64,000 nt of DNA from Eledone cirrhosa. Taxonomy: Eukaryota. The position numbers and the translations under genes were made by a program. Positions within the stretch are counted from its first letter, which is position 1; each line of letters opens with the position of its first letter. Of this stretch, positions 12,905 through 26,598 are shown one piece after another. Location: the NCBI GenBank assembly GCA_964016885.1, contig OZ024743.1, forward strand, positions 78,554,001-78,618,000, read 5' to 3'. Below the pieces are notes generated by a model that searched no databases, was not told the origin of the DNA, and saw nothing but the letters and a program-made list of their open reading frames with translations.

Positions 12905-14760
12905 ATAGGTACACTGTATCTCTGTGTGTACAATAGGTACACTGTATCCCGGTGTATATCAGGTTTACAATAGGTACACTGTATCCCGGTGTATATCAGG
13001 TTTACAATAAGTACACTGTATCCCGGTGTATATCAGGTTTACAATAGGTACACTGTATCCCGGTGTATATCAGGTTTACAATAAGTACACTGTATCCCTG
13101 TGTATCTCTGTGTGTACAATAGGTACACTGTATCTCTGTGTATATCTAGTTTACAATAGGTATATTGTATCCCTGTGTATATCAGGTTTACAATAAGTAC
13201 ACTGTATGGTTGTGTATATCTAGTTTACAATAGGTACACTGTATCCCGGTGTATATCAGGTTTACAATAGGTACACTGTATCCCGGTGTATATCAGGTTT
13301 ACAATAGGTACACTGTATCCCTTTGTATATCTAGTTTACAATAGGTACACTGTATCCCTGGGTATACTCAGTTTACAATAGGTACACTGTATCCGGGTGT
13401 ATATCAGGTTTACAATAGGTACACTGTATCCCGGTGTATATCAGGTTTACAATAGGTACACTGTATCCCTTTGTATATCTAGTTTACAATAGGTACACTG
13501 TATCCCTGTGTATATCAGGTTTACAATAGGTACACTGTATCCCTGTGTATAACAGGTTTACAATAGGTACACTGTATCTCTGTATATCTAGTTTACAATA
13601 GGTACACTGTATCCCTACATCTGGCTTACAATAGGTACACTGTATCCCTGTGTATATCAGGTTTACAATAGGTACACTGTATGCTTGTGTATATCTAGTT
13701 TACACTAGGTACACTGTATCTCTGTGTTTATCTAGTTTATAATAGGTACACTGTATCCCTGTGTATATCAGGTTTACAATAGGTACACTGTATCCCTGTG
13801 TTTATCTAGTTTACAATAGTAACACTGTATCCCTCTGCATATCAGGTTTACAATAGGTACACTGTATCCCTGTGTATATCAGGTTTACAATAGGTACACT
13901 GTATCCCTGTCTATATCTAGTTTACAATAGGTACACTGTATCCCTGTGTATACCTGGTTTACAACAGTTACACTGTATCCCTGTGTATATCTAGTTTACA
14001 ATAGGTACACTGTATCCCTGTCTATATCTAGTTTACAATAGGTAAACTGTACCCCTGTCTATCTGGTTTACAATAGGTACACTGTATCCCTGTTTGTACC
14101 TGGTTTACAATAGGTGCACTGTATCCCTGTGTATATCTAGTTTACAATAGGTACACTGAATCTCTGTATATCTGGTTTACAATAGGTACACTGTATCCCT
14201 GTGTATATCTAGTTTACAATAGTTACACAGTAACACTGTGTATATCAGGCTTACAATAGGTACACTGTATCCCTGTGTATATCTAGTTTACAATAGGTAC
14301 ACTGTATCTCTGTATATCTGGTTTACAATAGGTGCACTGTTTCCCTGTGTATATCTAGTTTACAATAGGTACACTGTATCCCTGTGGATATCTAGTTTAC
14401 AATAGGTACACTGTATCCCTGTGTATATCAGGTTTACAATAGGTGCACTGCATCCCAGTGTATATCTAGTTTACAATAGTTACACAGTAACACTGTGTAT
14501 ATCAGGTTTACAATAGGTACACTGCATCCCTGTGTATATCTAGTTTACAATAGGTACACTGTATCTCTGTATATCTGGTTTACAATAGGTACACTGTATC
14601 CCTGTATATATCTAGTTTACAATAGATACACTGTATCCCTGTGTATATCTAGTTTACAATAGGTACACTGTATCCCTGTGTATATCAGGTTTACCCTAGG
14701 TACACTGTATACCTGTGTATATATGGTTTACAATAGATACACTGTATGCCTGTGTTTGTA
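12905..14760. repeat. 37-bp minisatellite, about 50 copies
   Basis: Unit TACAATAGGTACACTGTATCCCTGTGTATATC(AG/TA)GTT; period 37 measured at 12961/12998. Confidence 0.95.
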
Positions 14761-15170
14761 TCCACTTTGGAATAGATATAAAGTTGGAGATGGTATTAAA
14801 TCTCACACTCACTCTCCTTACTCGAGTCTCTTTAATATAAAAATATTTACCAGTGGCCCCGACTGTTCTATTTGCTATCCTGAAGCAGTGCTGTATACTA
14901 GTGTTTGTGATTCAAAAAAGAAGTTAAGACTTCATATCACTAGTATTAGCAGCCAAAAGTCTTCAGATCTCTTTTTCAAAATCGAAAATCTTCTGGTAAT
15001 TAATCAATGCAGTCTTGAGTAGACTACGCTGATAAGGACGAATAACATTGAAACATGCTGGTAAATAACCCTCTTTCTTGTAAATATATAAGTTTACTCC
15101 AACCATGTAAAGTATTCTTCTGAGATTAATTCCTAATTTCTGTAATATTATAATTTTGTTTTCTTTATAG

Positions 15171-15639
15171 AATGACACGGGTTCAATATTAACGGCATAT
15201 TCCAATATGGAGTCTGAAATATTGACAGAAGCAGTGACGGATAACTACTCTAGTCTGACCATACAGGAGGATGAAGGCCACACATTTACCTCTACAACAC
15301 ATGATACACCCTTTACTGACTCTATATATTCCGATAATAACAGCACTGACTATTCTATAGTTGATAGCTTCTCTGGCAAAAATGGAAGTTTTATCGATGA
15401 AATTGTTACAAATGAAACTGACGGTACGGAAGTTTCGAATATTGTGTCACCTCCTAACAAAGATTACTTGACGTCACAGACTGTTGGCTTCCATGATTCA
15501 ACTACAAGTTTTTATTCAACGATAACAACAACTGAAATAACCCAAGTGAATGACAAAGACAAAACGTCCAATGAGAATTCAACTCAGCTAAAACCTCAGT
15601 ATACAGAAGCAGTGAATGAGGATACTTCTCCTATGCCAA
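15171..15639 (+). CDS. S1A serine protease, exon 2 (Ser/Thr/Asp-rich stem)
   Basis: Acceptor ttttgttttctttatag|AATGAC, open frame through the ORF 15207, donor CCA A|GTAAGG (phase 1) compatible with exon 3; several N-x-S/T sequons. Confidence 0.75.
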
Positions 15640-15677
15640 GTAAGGAAAAATATTTATATTTATTTAATGAGAGTGAA

Positions 15678-17140
15678 GGTGGATAATTGGCAGAATCGCT
15701 AGAGCGTTGGTTAGCATGCTTCGTGGAATTCGTTCTGGTTCTCTGAGTTCAAATCCCGCCAAAGTCATCTTTGACTTTCATCCTTTCGGGATCGAGTCCT
15801 GGGTTAATTCTTCTTCTATATAAATCTCTTTTCTCTCTCTCTCTGGAAGAAATTTGCTGTGTTCAGACCTGGAGAGACGATGGACTTCTCCAGGTTTAAA
15901 TGCCCAACATACGCAATATATCTCGACAGCACTCAGATTATTCCATCAGGAGTTTAGAGCACCAATGACCAACCAAAAGTTAAAAGTTTCCCCTCACAAT
16001 ATATTTTTTTCATTAATGGTGACCACGTTCTGAGTTTAAATCCCGCCGATGTTAGCTTTGCCTTTCATCTTTACGAGGTCTATAAATTAAAATACCAGTA
16101 ACACACTGGGGTCAATTTAATTGACTTATCCTCTCCCAAAATTGTTTTACTTGTTCCTAAATCAGAAACCATTATTAATGGTTACATTTGGTGGATTGGC
16201 AGAATCGTTAGAACGTTGGTGGAAATGTGTTGTGGCATTTCTCCCTGCCCTTTACATTCCCTGTTCCAATCCGACCAGGGTCGATAAAATAAAATACTGG
16301 CGAAATATTGGGTTGATATAATCGACTTGCCCTCCCCACAAATTTCCGACTCTGTGCCTATATTAGAAATTGAATAATGGTGACCTTACAAAGTTTATCT
16401 GGTGAATACAGTACGTCAATAATCTCTCAGTGTGTCATGAAGTATTCCATGGACCCGACCAACAATATGGCGGATTAATTACCCCAAAAGATGGCCAGAA
16501 GGATGTGCTGAAAAAACCTGTCCACCTCATGTGAAATAAATAGGGAGGTGGTTTATTTACCCAGGACACTAGATGTTTCCGTCGCTATAGGTTACACAAG
16601 AAATCTCTCGGTTAAAAATATTCATTTCTTTATTTCTAACATTGGTAATAAGGTCAACAATTTGGGGAAATTGGTTATATCGAACCCACTACTTAAGACT
16701 TTATTTCCTCGAAGGATAAAAGGCAACCTCGACCGCCGCGGGATTTGTACTCAGAACGTAAAAAGTAGCAACTTTATGCCGCAAAGTATCTTTTCCGACG
16801 CTCTACCGATACTGCCAACTGACCGCTCTCTATCGGTTAATAATAATAATTATTATTAGTCGAATCGGTAGAGCATCGGCCTACATGCTTTGTGGCTGTT
16901 AGTTACGACCGTTTACGTTCTGAGTTCAAATCTCGCCGAGGTTAACTTTGTCTTTCATCCTTACGGGGTCGACAAAATAAAGTACCAGTAATACACTGGG
17001 TCCGATGCAATCGATTTTCAGCTCCCTCAAATGTATCCATATGTGCCTAAATAATAATAATAAAACATTATTATTTCAACGTTTGGCACAAGGCCAGCAA
17101 GTTAAAGAGAAGGAGAAATTCGATTAAATCAACCCCAGTT
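15678..17140 (+). mobile_element. Cluster of diverged SINE copies/fragments
   Basis: Repeated TGGCAGAATCG...GAGTTCAAATC...TTTCATCC...GGTCGA motifs at ~15680, 16020, 16190, 16860 plus a minus-strand copy ~16700-16830. Confidence 0.75.
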
Positions 17141-17149
17141 TGATATAAT

Positions 17150-20100
17150 CTATTCTATTGGCCACAAGAGTCCAATACATTGATTAAGGGACAATACAAG
17201 GACAAAAGCAACTTGGAGTGGGGTTTACATGGAATAAAGTGAACTGGAAATGACCGAAGATAAACCAGAACGTTTAACAATAACAACAATTGTATTATCA
17301 TGGAAATTATCTAAACTATAATAAAGAAAGGGGCGCGGTACTACGTCCAGAATATATTTTTTTATCCAGTTTGTAAAATAAGTTGGATTACTTTGAATGA
17401 ATGAATATTACATAATTTATCTACTAAATTTCGTTATTCTTGATTAAATATAAATAATTTTGTTGCTTATTTTAAGATTCACTTCTTTAAAATTTTCAAA
17501 TGTCAACACTCCGTTTAGTGATCGCTTAAATAAACATTCATATATTTCCATCACTAATTTTCTCCTAATGCAGTTTATATGCAATATCGTCTTTTTTAAA
17601 TGTATCATGGATTACGTTACTGATTACATAAGACAGTATAACGCTGTCTTAGTTCAATTTCTGTGTATATTGTCAATTACGATTTTATTTGATGTATCAT
17701 ATCTACATGTATATATACCTGCATCAATATACACACTACACATGCTAGCAGAAGAACCACCCGAAGTGTGATTTTCTGCTAGTTTGTTTAATGATGACAC
17801 ATATCAACTAGCAACAGTTCAATAATGGGAGGAAGGTGAACTGGGGGGTAATTCCAGCGAGAAACGCCAACAAAATCCCTAGATTGCTCTGTCATCTCAT
17901 AGACATCGCAGTGCCCCTCTTCCGGCTTCTTTCTGCCGGTTTAGAAAAGTGTAGTCAGGGTAGACACAGCCTCGCCAGTGTTACCCCTTACACATCTGTC
18001 ATAAAACACACTAGAAGGCAGCACACCCCTCTCTACCTTGACCTTCCAACTCAAGTGTTAATTGCAGAAGTTACTGAGAGCTAGGCCGGAGAGGAAGGTT
18101 CATGCGCTAAAATCTTTTAGACGTGTCCAGCATACAGCTTCGTTCGCCACAGCTACCAGGCAGAGGAAAACTTGCCGCGCTTCCTTTTTAACTGAAGGTG
18201 ACAGTTTAATTTTCACTATAGACCCGGCTGGATCTATTCTCCGACCTCATCACCAGCGACAAGTCCCAACTGCTTTGCTAAGAATTTGACCAAAATTTTA
18301 AACCCTGAATTCAGCAGAGTTATAGCTCGAAAATTATCCAATAAGTCTTCCTTTTAGGCGTCTTTTACCAGCAGCGTTATTACGTCTCCACGGAATTGGT
18401 AATCCCCCACCCTGCTGCCAGTTGCGGGTCACGTCTGCCAATATGTCCCCAAACAGGTCTGGTATAAACTTGTAAAATTTGTTGGGTAGTTCATCCAAAC
18501 CAACTGACTTACGTCTCATATATCCACCTAACACCTCCCGTATCTTGTTAGTCACGGCAAGTCGACGAGATAGTCTCAAGTCAGTTTCCGTTTATGATGA
18601 GCCGTCGTTCGTGTCGAACAGTCGAGTATGGTGCTGCACTCATCTGATGTAGACTGAGTAGCACACATCTGATGTGGACTGAGTAGCACACATCTGTGGA
18701 CTGAGTAACACACCTCTGATGTGAACTGAGTAGCACTCATTTGATGTGGACAGCAGCACTCATCTGATGTGGCCTGAGTAGCACTCATATGATGTGGTCT
18801 GAATAGCACTCATCTGATGTTGTCTGCGTAGCACTAACCTGATGTGAACTGAGTAGCACTCATCTGTGGACTGAGTAGCACTCATCTGATGTGGACTGAG
18901 TAGCACTCATCTGTGGACCGAGTAGCACTCATCCATCTTAATCAGTCAAAGACCAAATCGTAGCTTTGTTACCAAGTCGCACTTCCGTTATCCGGGCCTA
19001 TTGTACAACATTTGTTTCCTAATATCTCAGCGCACGAGCCTTGTCGTCGGTGAAATTGTCTAGGGCTTATTCTCGCTGTCAGCACATCGGTTGGGATACC
19101 TCTTTTAATTTCGTCTTCTAAATTGCTCTCTATCGCACTATCTAGTCTTTCTTACTGCTAATACTTTACTATACCTTACCGACTCTACTTTAATGGATCT
19201 CTTTAGAGCTTCCCACCACCAGTTGTTGATGATTACCTCAATCAACTATTGCTAATCCGCGTTCTGTAGGCTTTACGTGCTGGGAAGGACGCGTTTAGTA
19301 TTCTGTAGCCGGACCTTTGTCTGTGGATTCTATCTCGGTCAACCGTGCAGATCACGAATGCGCGGTCTGTGTAGTCAACCAGTTTAAATTGTGGACACTT
19401 TACTCCATCCTTGTCTGTTGGCCTAATAAATACTATATCTTGGTTCAATCTGGATGACTCACTGTGGTTGCTACCTTAACACGTTTGTGCATATGAGAAA
19501 TCCAGTCTGACAGGTGGAAACGTTTGAGTAGATTTGCCAGGTTGTTGTATCCCCTTCTATGGGCTAACCCCACACAATTCCAGATATAGTTGAAATCCCC
19601 AACTAACACCAGGAAATCGTCGAGGTGTCTAGAGTAATCATGATGTCCTGCCCCAGTAGGGTCGAAATGGTCACTAATGTATTGGCAAAAGAAGATCATC
19701 CTAACATCGAGATTCAAACTTTTCCGGAACAGTGTTGTCTCCCTACACCCCGAGATGCCACCAGACCCTACACGTTATCATAAAAAAAATAATTCTGGTC
19801 TCGCTGATGGCAACCACATTTATTTCTAGTTACCTGAGATCGTTCCGAAAGTGAATTTGTTGCCATGCCGACCCCGGGATACGCACATTTATACTTGTTA
19901 CATTGATTATAGTAATCTTATTGGAAAAAGGGTGAAAGAAAAGAGAGCAAACATTTCACTTTGAGAAGATCGGTTGATCCGGTCTTTTCTTTAGCTGAAA
20001 AGGGCTTCTCAGAGGTTTTTATGTTAAGGTTTAAACTGAATGACCCGAGGTTCTTGGTGAATGTTAATGTTGTTTATTTGTTTCTATGTGGTGGTTGTTC

Positions 20101-20330
20101 AATACCTCCTCCTTCACGTCGCTGTTGATCTTTCTATAACCGGGGAATTGATGTAGGAAGATTGTGTTGGAGATTGTTGCTTTAATTGTTCTTTTTTGGA
20201 GGATGGTTGGATTGTGGTGAGGGCATTGGCGTTGGTATGGACTTGGTACTAAGTGCTGAGGCCCCCAGATCCCTTGTAGCCGTTAGCTAGAGCCGGTCTC
20301 AAGTGAGGACAATTTTAAATCCCCCATCGC
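17150..20330 (-). mobile_element. Decayed Tx1-like LINE relic
   Basis: Minus ORFs 18334 (KSVGLDELP...DLFGDILADV..NWQQ), 19242 (CPQFKLVDYTD), 19445 (LVLVGDFN) resemble ORF2 of the 33556-36975 element; a 3'-UTR-like piece at ~17150-17215. Confidence 0.7.
18635..18935. repeat. ~25-bp minisatellite, about 12 copies, inside the Tx1 relic
   Basis: Unit GAGTAGCACTCATCTGATGTGGACT with 22-bp deletion variants. Confidence 0.9.
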
Positions 20331-20402
20331 AGTCTCCTTTTGTGTTTGTTTCGTCGCATATAATGATGATTTATACAATTTATGTTTTGAGTTATGTTTT
20401 AG

Positions 20403-20616
20403 ATGCAAATTGTGGTGAAAAACCTTTCCGTCGCCGTCAGAGAAGAAATAAAAGAATTATTGGTGGTACCAGAATATATCCTGGTGACTGGCCTTGGCTG
20501 GTGTCATTACATTTCGACGGAAATCACCCTTTTCAAGTAAATTCTGGTTATAAGCATCTCTGTGGAGGTTCTTTAATTCACCAACAGTGGGTCTTGTCAG
20601 CTGCCCACTGTTTCGA
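20403..20616 (+). CDS. S1A serine protease, exon 3 (activation site and catalytic His)
   Basis: ttttag|AT GCA AAT TGT GGT...: [22 protein letters not shown]...WPWLVSL...[19 protein letters not shown]; donor GA|GTAAGT (phase 2). Confidence 0.95.
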
Positions 20617-20708
20617 GTAAGTGTTTACACCTCATTTTGTTCATAGCAAATCTTCGAATTAAATAAACGAAATGTTATATTTTCATTAAATTCTATTATA
20701 TAAAATTC

Positions 20709-20790
<82 letters not shown>

Positions 20791-21101
20791 ACAACGGCTG
20801 ATGATATACATGTAGGTAAATATATTCCTTATCTGATATTTTGTAACTAACCCTACATAGATCGATAACGAAATATGCGTACGATGTATTATTATCACCT
20901 AGAAACGATCGTAAAGCAGTGAAGTATATTTCTAATGACGATGTTTTATTTCATTGTTTTAACTTATATCATGACTCTGTTTTCCTTTTGATGTTTTATT
21001 GTTTTCCGGGATTTATTTTAACCTACAACATTTTCAACATATGGATTACATTGAGTTCTTCATGCGGACTAGACCCCACAACTGACAGTGGATATTTCTA
21101 G

Positions 21102-21162
<61 letters not shown>

Positions 21163-21184
21163 AAGAGGATATCATATATATATA

Positions 21185-21220
<36 letters not shown>

Positions 21221-21299
21221 AAGAGGATATCATATTTTACCTCTTATCATTACACCTGAGCCAGGACTTGTTTGCATATATATATATATATATATATAT

Positions 21300-21743
21300 G
21301 AATCTCAGGAAAATGGGAAAACTCGGCGTATGGAAGCTGTTAGAACACCAAAATACCGTCGAAGTGGCGTTGGATAAAATATTACCTGGAAGGACAGAGA
21401 TCAGTGGCTAAAGGTGAGTTGACTGGAGGGAAGAGAACACTGGAAGGAGGGAAATGAATGGATATTTGGTTCTCCGTTACGAGCCTCCTATTCCCCGCAG
21501 TAATCTCATTAATTCGTCGAAACTGCTGGAGGTTGGGATCTGACGAGCATATATTAATGTCTGTGACCTTTTGGCTGTCATCCATTCTTTTCCCTCCCTC
21601 CTATCTTCTCTTCCTTCCAGTTAACTCACATCTAGCCACTGATCTCTGTCCTTCCAGGTAATATTTTACCCGACACCCCATTCGACGGTATTTTGCTGTT
21701 CTAACAGTTCCCATACACCGAGTATTCCCATTTTTCTGAGATT
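21300..21743. repeat. Diverged inverted repeat (~160 bp arms)
   Basis: 21300-21460 vs 21580-21743; mirrored peptides (..PVNS.LATDLCPSR) in ORFs 21382(-)/21458(+). Confidence 0.85.
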
Positions 21744-21854
21744 TCTATACATTCGCGTCTCAAAACTCTACTTTCGAGTTAGTTTTTTGTTTATATATAT
21801 GAATGTATGTATAGTATATTTGGCAATATACCGTATGTCACTTACTTATATTTT

Positions 21855-21898
<44 letters not shown>

Positions 21899-21989
21899 CC
21901 AAAGATTAATATGGTTCATTGATTACTCAATGAATATAGTTTTACAATAGATTAAAAGCACTCTACAAGGAAGTTTTCTGGAGTTATTA

Positions 21990-22473
<484 letters not shown>

Positions 22474-22715
22474 CATAAATATAAATGTATAATTATAAAT
22501 TTAGCGAGAATCGCATTTCGGCGGGTAGAAATTAGCGAAACGCAACTTCCGTATTGTGTAGACAAACGCTCCATGGATATGAAGATACCAGAACTATAAA
22601 CATAAGTTAAAAAGATCATCCAAACTGAGATGATGGTTAAGAAGCCATTAAAGCACCAGAGCCAAAAAAGCGAACAAGCTAAACGGGTCAAACAAAATAA
22701 GATATGATTGAAATA

Positions 22716-22791
<76 letters not shown>

Positions 22792-23646
22792 CGGCGATGA
22801 ATTAGTTTTGCGAGGTTTTTTATATGAAATCGTGTGTCGAAACAAATATTGTTATACTTGGGGAGGGTCATATTTGTGTAATAATATTGCCAGACTTAAT
22901 AACAGAACACACTCACTGTTTGGTTGATTTTCGCTTCTGTGTCTTTTATATCGGTTAATTTAATTTATTCGGTCCTCAATGTTACCATTGACTGTCCAAC
23001 GGTCAAAAATACAGATACAATATAGACACAAACACATATATATAGTCTAACAAAGTTCTTTCGTTGCACATCTGCAACATCGTCAGTGGTGCTATTATGT
23101 TTCCTTCTGTTGTATTGTATGCCTATGCCATCTTTATTTAGTCTGTTTATTTATTTATTTTTTTTTTTTTTCTCCTCTGCGCATGCGTTTTCGTGTGTGT
23201 ATAGTGTTTGATGTGTGTTCGTGTTTGGGTGACTGTGTATTGGTTATTGTATTCTATCTTAGTTTACTAGTGTGTGTTTATATGTGTTTGTTGTTATTGT
23301 GCTTGTGTATGTATTTATATATTTATTTATACTTCTCTTAGGTCAGTATTGTTTGTTTGGGTGTTGTTATTCCATTCATTTTTTCTGTTTAGCTTGGCCT
23401 TCTAAGTTCTATTTCGCTGGCCTCTCTGATTTGCCTATCTGCCGGGTCATTTCTATGTTTAGATATTATTCTAATTTCTATATTGTCTATGTTACCGTCG
23501 TGTTGTTGTTGGCATGTTCGTATAGTACTGAATAAATTAAATTAACCGATATAAAAGACACAGAAGCGAAAACCAACCAAACAGTGAGTGTGTTGTGTTA
23601 TTAATTCTGACAATATTATTACACAAATATGACCTTCTCCAAGTAT

Positions 23647-23652
<6 letters not shown>
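22792..23652 (-). mobile_element. 3' fragment of a Neptune-like PLE with 5' inversion
   Basis: GIY-YIG C-terminus remnant (DPADRQIREA..LNRKNEW) at ~23370-23450; HHR-like motif 23049-23090; 22845-22970 inverted at 23530-23652; related copy at ~60060-60380. Confidence 0.7.
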
Positions 23653-23685
<33 letters not shown>

Positions 23686-24234
23686 CCGAAAATATAAGTA
23701 AGTGACATAGTCACTACTTTAAAACTGATAGTCTTCTAAATGTTTTTAATTAAACATACAGTATATTGCCAAATATACTATACATACATTCATATATACA
23801 TCGCTATTTCAGAGCACCAATACTAATACCTAATATATATATATATATATAAATTAGGTATTAGTATCGGTGTTCTCAAAAAACTTTTTCTTATTTGCTA
23901 AACCTTGATTATATATGTTCTGGCTCGTTAATTTATTAACCTGCCATAGAACCACATTGGCATACGGTTGGATAATATATGCGTCCCTATATGCATTTTG
24001 CATGTAGGGAAACATACTTTATTATTATTAATCTCCCCTGGTCGAGATAACATTTTGGTCGTTTTAACTGCTGCTATTTCTAGTACATTGACCTTTCCGC
24101 CCCTGCCTTCTATCTTTACACACGGCACTAGACAAAATTGTTTCTTCATCATACACTCTCATCTCGGGAACAGTTCTGTATGGCGCCAGTTCGTGACTTG
24201 AACTCGGGAATTTTATATTCTCCGAGTGAGAAAA

Positions 24235-24318
24235 ACCCTCTGACGAAAGTCTTCTCCTCAATGGATTTCCGCATGGATTATCCATTTATTTTGAGACTTG
24301 AAACCGCGCGGTAAGGGT
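24235..24318 (+). ncRNA. Type I hammerhead ribozyme motif, extended stem II
   Basis: ACCCT-CTGACGA-AAGTCTT...(AATGGAT/ATCCATT)...GAGACTT-GAAA-CCGCGCGG-TA-AGGGT. Confidence 0.88.
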
Positions 24319-24385
24319 AATTACAGCAAATACAGTGAACTTTTTAAAATTTATTTTAAAACTTTTTCTTATTTGCTAAACCTTG

Positions 24386-24465
<80 letters not shown>

Positions 24466-24719
24466 GGGTCAGAAGGTTCAGTAAATCCGTAGATTTAGTG
24501 AGGGTACCAAAGTCAGCACTCCATGCTAGAGCAGAGTGTATATAATAAGAAATTAATTAATCAACCCTTGAAAAGGCTTGATGAACATATAAGGTCGGGA
24601 TTTTACATATTTCTATAGCAACTCTACATTTCCCCGTGTATTGAGTCCTCCAGTGATTAGTGGCCTCCCTAGTCTCAGTACCACATATTCTATACATATA
24701 TATATATTTAATATAGAAA

Positions 24720-24770
24720 AGCTTCTACAGGACCAGAACTGTTTCATTCGTGAGAAATCGTCAGGAAGCT
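24720..24770 (-). ncRNA. Type I hammerhead ribozyme motif
   Basis: AGCTTC-CTGACGA-TTTCTCACGAAT-GAAA-CAG TTCTGGTC CTG-TA-GAAGCT. Confidence 0.8.
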
Positions 24771-24990
24771 GACTGTCCAAGTAAATATGGTGGTATTTAT
24801 ATCTTTTCTGGTGGTAGGAGAGGGTGGGGATTGGATAGGTGGAGGTCATTGGTTGATGGGTTTAAAGAAAAGGGAATATATATATTTATAAAACATTTAA
24901 AATGTATTGATCTTTGATATTTTGTGGTTGTTTTTCATTGCATAGTGGAATTTCCACAAATGTTCTAATATAAATTGATTTATTTGGTAG

Positions 24991-25124
24991 TAATACCAGC
25001 TTCCCAAATCTACAAAATCCCGACTACTGGACAGCTGTAATTGGTGAAAACGACGTGAGTAAAAATGAAAGCTTTGAGCAAATTATTGCTATTGACAAAA
25101 TAATTACATATGATTCTTATAGAG
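24991..25124 (+). CDS. S1A serine protease, exon 4
   Basis: tag|T AAT ACC...: (D)NTSFPNLQNPDYWTAVIGENDVSKNESFEQIIAIDKIITYDSYR; donor G|GTAATT (phase 1). Absent from the ORF track. Confidence 0.9.
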
Positions 25125-26323
25125 GTAATTTTGAATTTTTCTCTCTCACATTTCACCCTTAATATTCTGTAATGATTTAGCCTAAAAATAGGCTCGTTAA
25201 TTCAAATGTGTATAGTAACTTTACTAGTGGACAGATCGTTGTGAAAATCTGCAGTATTAGACTAAACATTTTGATGATGCTGTCATAGTGTGGTGTTTTA
25301 TACTTTTCAATAATATATTTCTGTTGTTGTTTCAAGCAGTACAGGATTTAAGAAAGTCTTAATATCCCGTAATGATTTAGCAGAGAATACCTGAAAATAG
25401 ATTTGTTAATTCAAATGTTTATAGTATCTTTATAATGGGCAGATTATTGTAAACTATAGGTGGTAAATTGGCAGAATCGTTAGAACGTCAAATAAAATGA
25501 TTTGCGGTCTTCATCTCTGCTCTCTGAGTTCAAATCCCGCCGAGGTCAACTTTGCCTTTCATCCTTTCGAGATCAATAAAAAAAGTACCAGTCACTTCCA
25601 TTCTCTCACTTTCTCTATCCTTCTCTTGAAGAAATCTGCTGTATTCAGGCCGGAGGAGAGATGGGTTCCCCCAGGTTTAAAAATGCCCTAGAAACGCCAT
25701 ATGTCATTATGGCACCCCTACGTCTCTCTCGGGAGTTACAGGACAATGTATGTTGGAAACTAAAGACTTTAATTTATGCTGTCATAGTGCTATTTTATAT
25801 TTTACAAGAATGTTTTACTTATGTAGTTTAGGTACAGGACGTGAAGTGTTAAAAGGCGGTTTTTGTTCACCGAACTCCTTCACTGAGAGAGAGTTTAATA
25901 TGGTTACCTTATTCCAAATCCTTTTAATACTTTGATCGAAGAATAAATCTTCAAGATTATGAATTAGCCACAAACTAAAACATAACTCAACAAGGGTTCC
26001 TACATAAAATTATAACAGAAAGTTTTAAGATAAATATTAACCCATTAAAACAAACAATTTTGTATCAGAGAACCAGAGATAGTTTCAGGAGTTTTGGTAT
26101 GAAAGGGGTTAAGATAGTGTTTGGAACATAAAATTACGATAGACTGTTTTTAGATAAATATATAGATATTAAGTGAAACAATTATGTATCAGCGCCGATT
26201 TCAGGCGGTTTCGTATCAAAAAGCCTCATATCTTATCTAATTTTAGCTCCCATACATCCACCTACCCTAGCTTTTGCTTCGACGCCGCTTCTAACATATC
26301 TGTTTTCTAAATCAATTCGATAG

Positions 26324-26476
26324 TAACTCCATATGTTCCTGTGGTATATGACCTGGCTTTGCTAAAACTCAAAACACCAGTTCGCCTTAGCAGATTCATC
26401 AACACAATTTGTCTTGACAAAACCTTCCTCGAGGACGAACGGTGTATTGTCACAGGCTGGGGGAGCAAGTCTGATA
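26324..26476 (+). CDS. S1A serine protease, exon 5 (catalytic Asp)
   Basis: tag|TA ACT CCA...: (V)TPYVPVVYDLALLKLKTPVRLSRFINTICL...CIVTGWGSKSD; donor A|GTAAGT (phase 1). Confidence 0.93.
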
Positions 26477-26564
26477 GTAAGTTAAACTTATTTTCTCTCT
26501 CTCGCTCTCTCTCTCTCCTCTACTCCCATCTTTTCTCTTTGTATATATATATTCTATTGCTTTT

Positions 26565-26594
<30 letters not shown>

Positions 26595-26598
<4 letters not shown>

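Noticed and set aside
12905-14760. CRISPR-like regular repeat
   Set aside because: Units are contiguous with no unique spacers, no cas genes, eukaryotic context.
18635-18935. CTGATG-containing repeat as a ribozyme array
   Set aside because: Reads CTGATGT with no GAAA or stems; simple minisatellite.
20795-20920. Hammerhead candidate CTGATGA...GAAACGATCGTA
   Set aside because: Stem I does not pair and stem II does not abut the core; at best a decayed copy.
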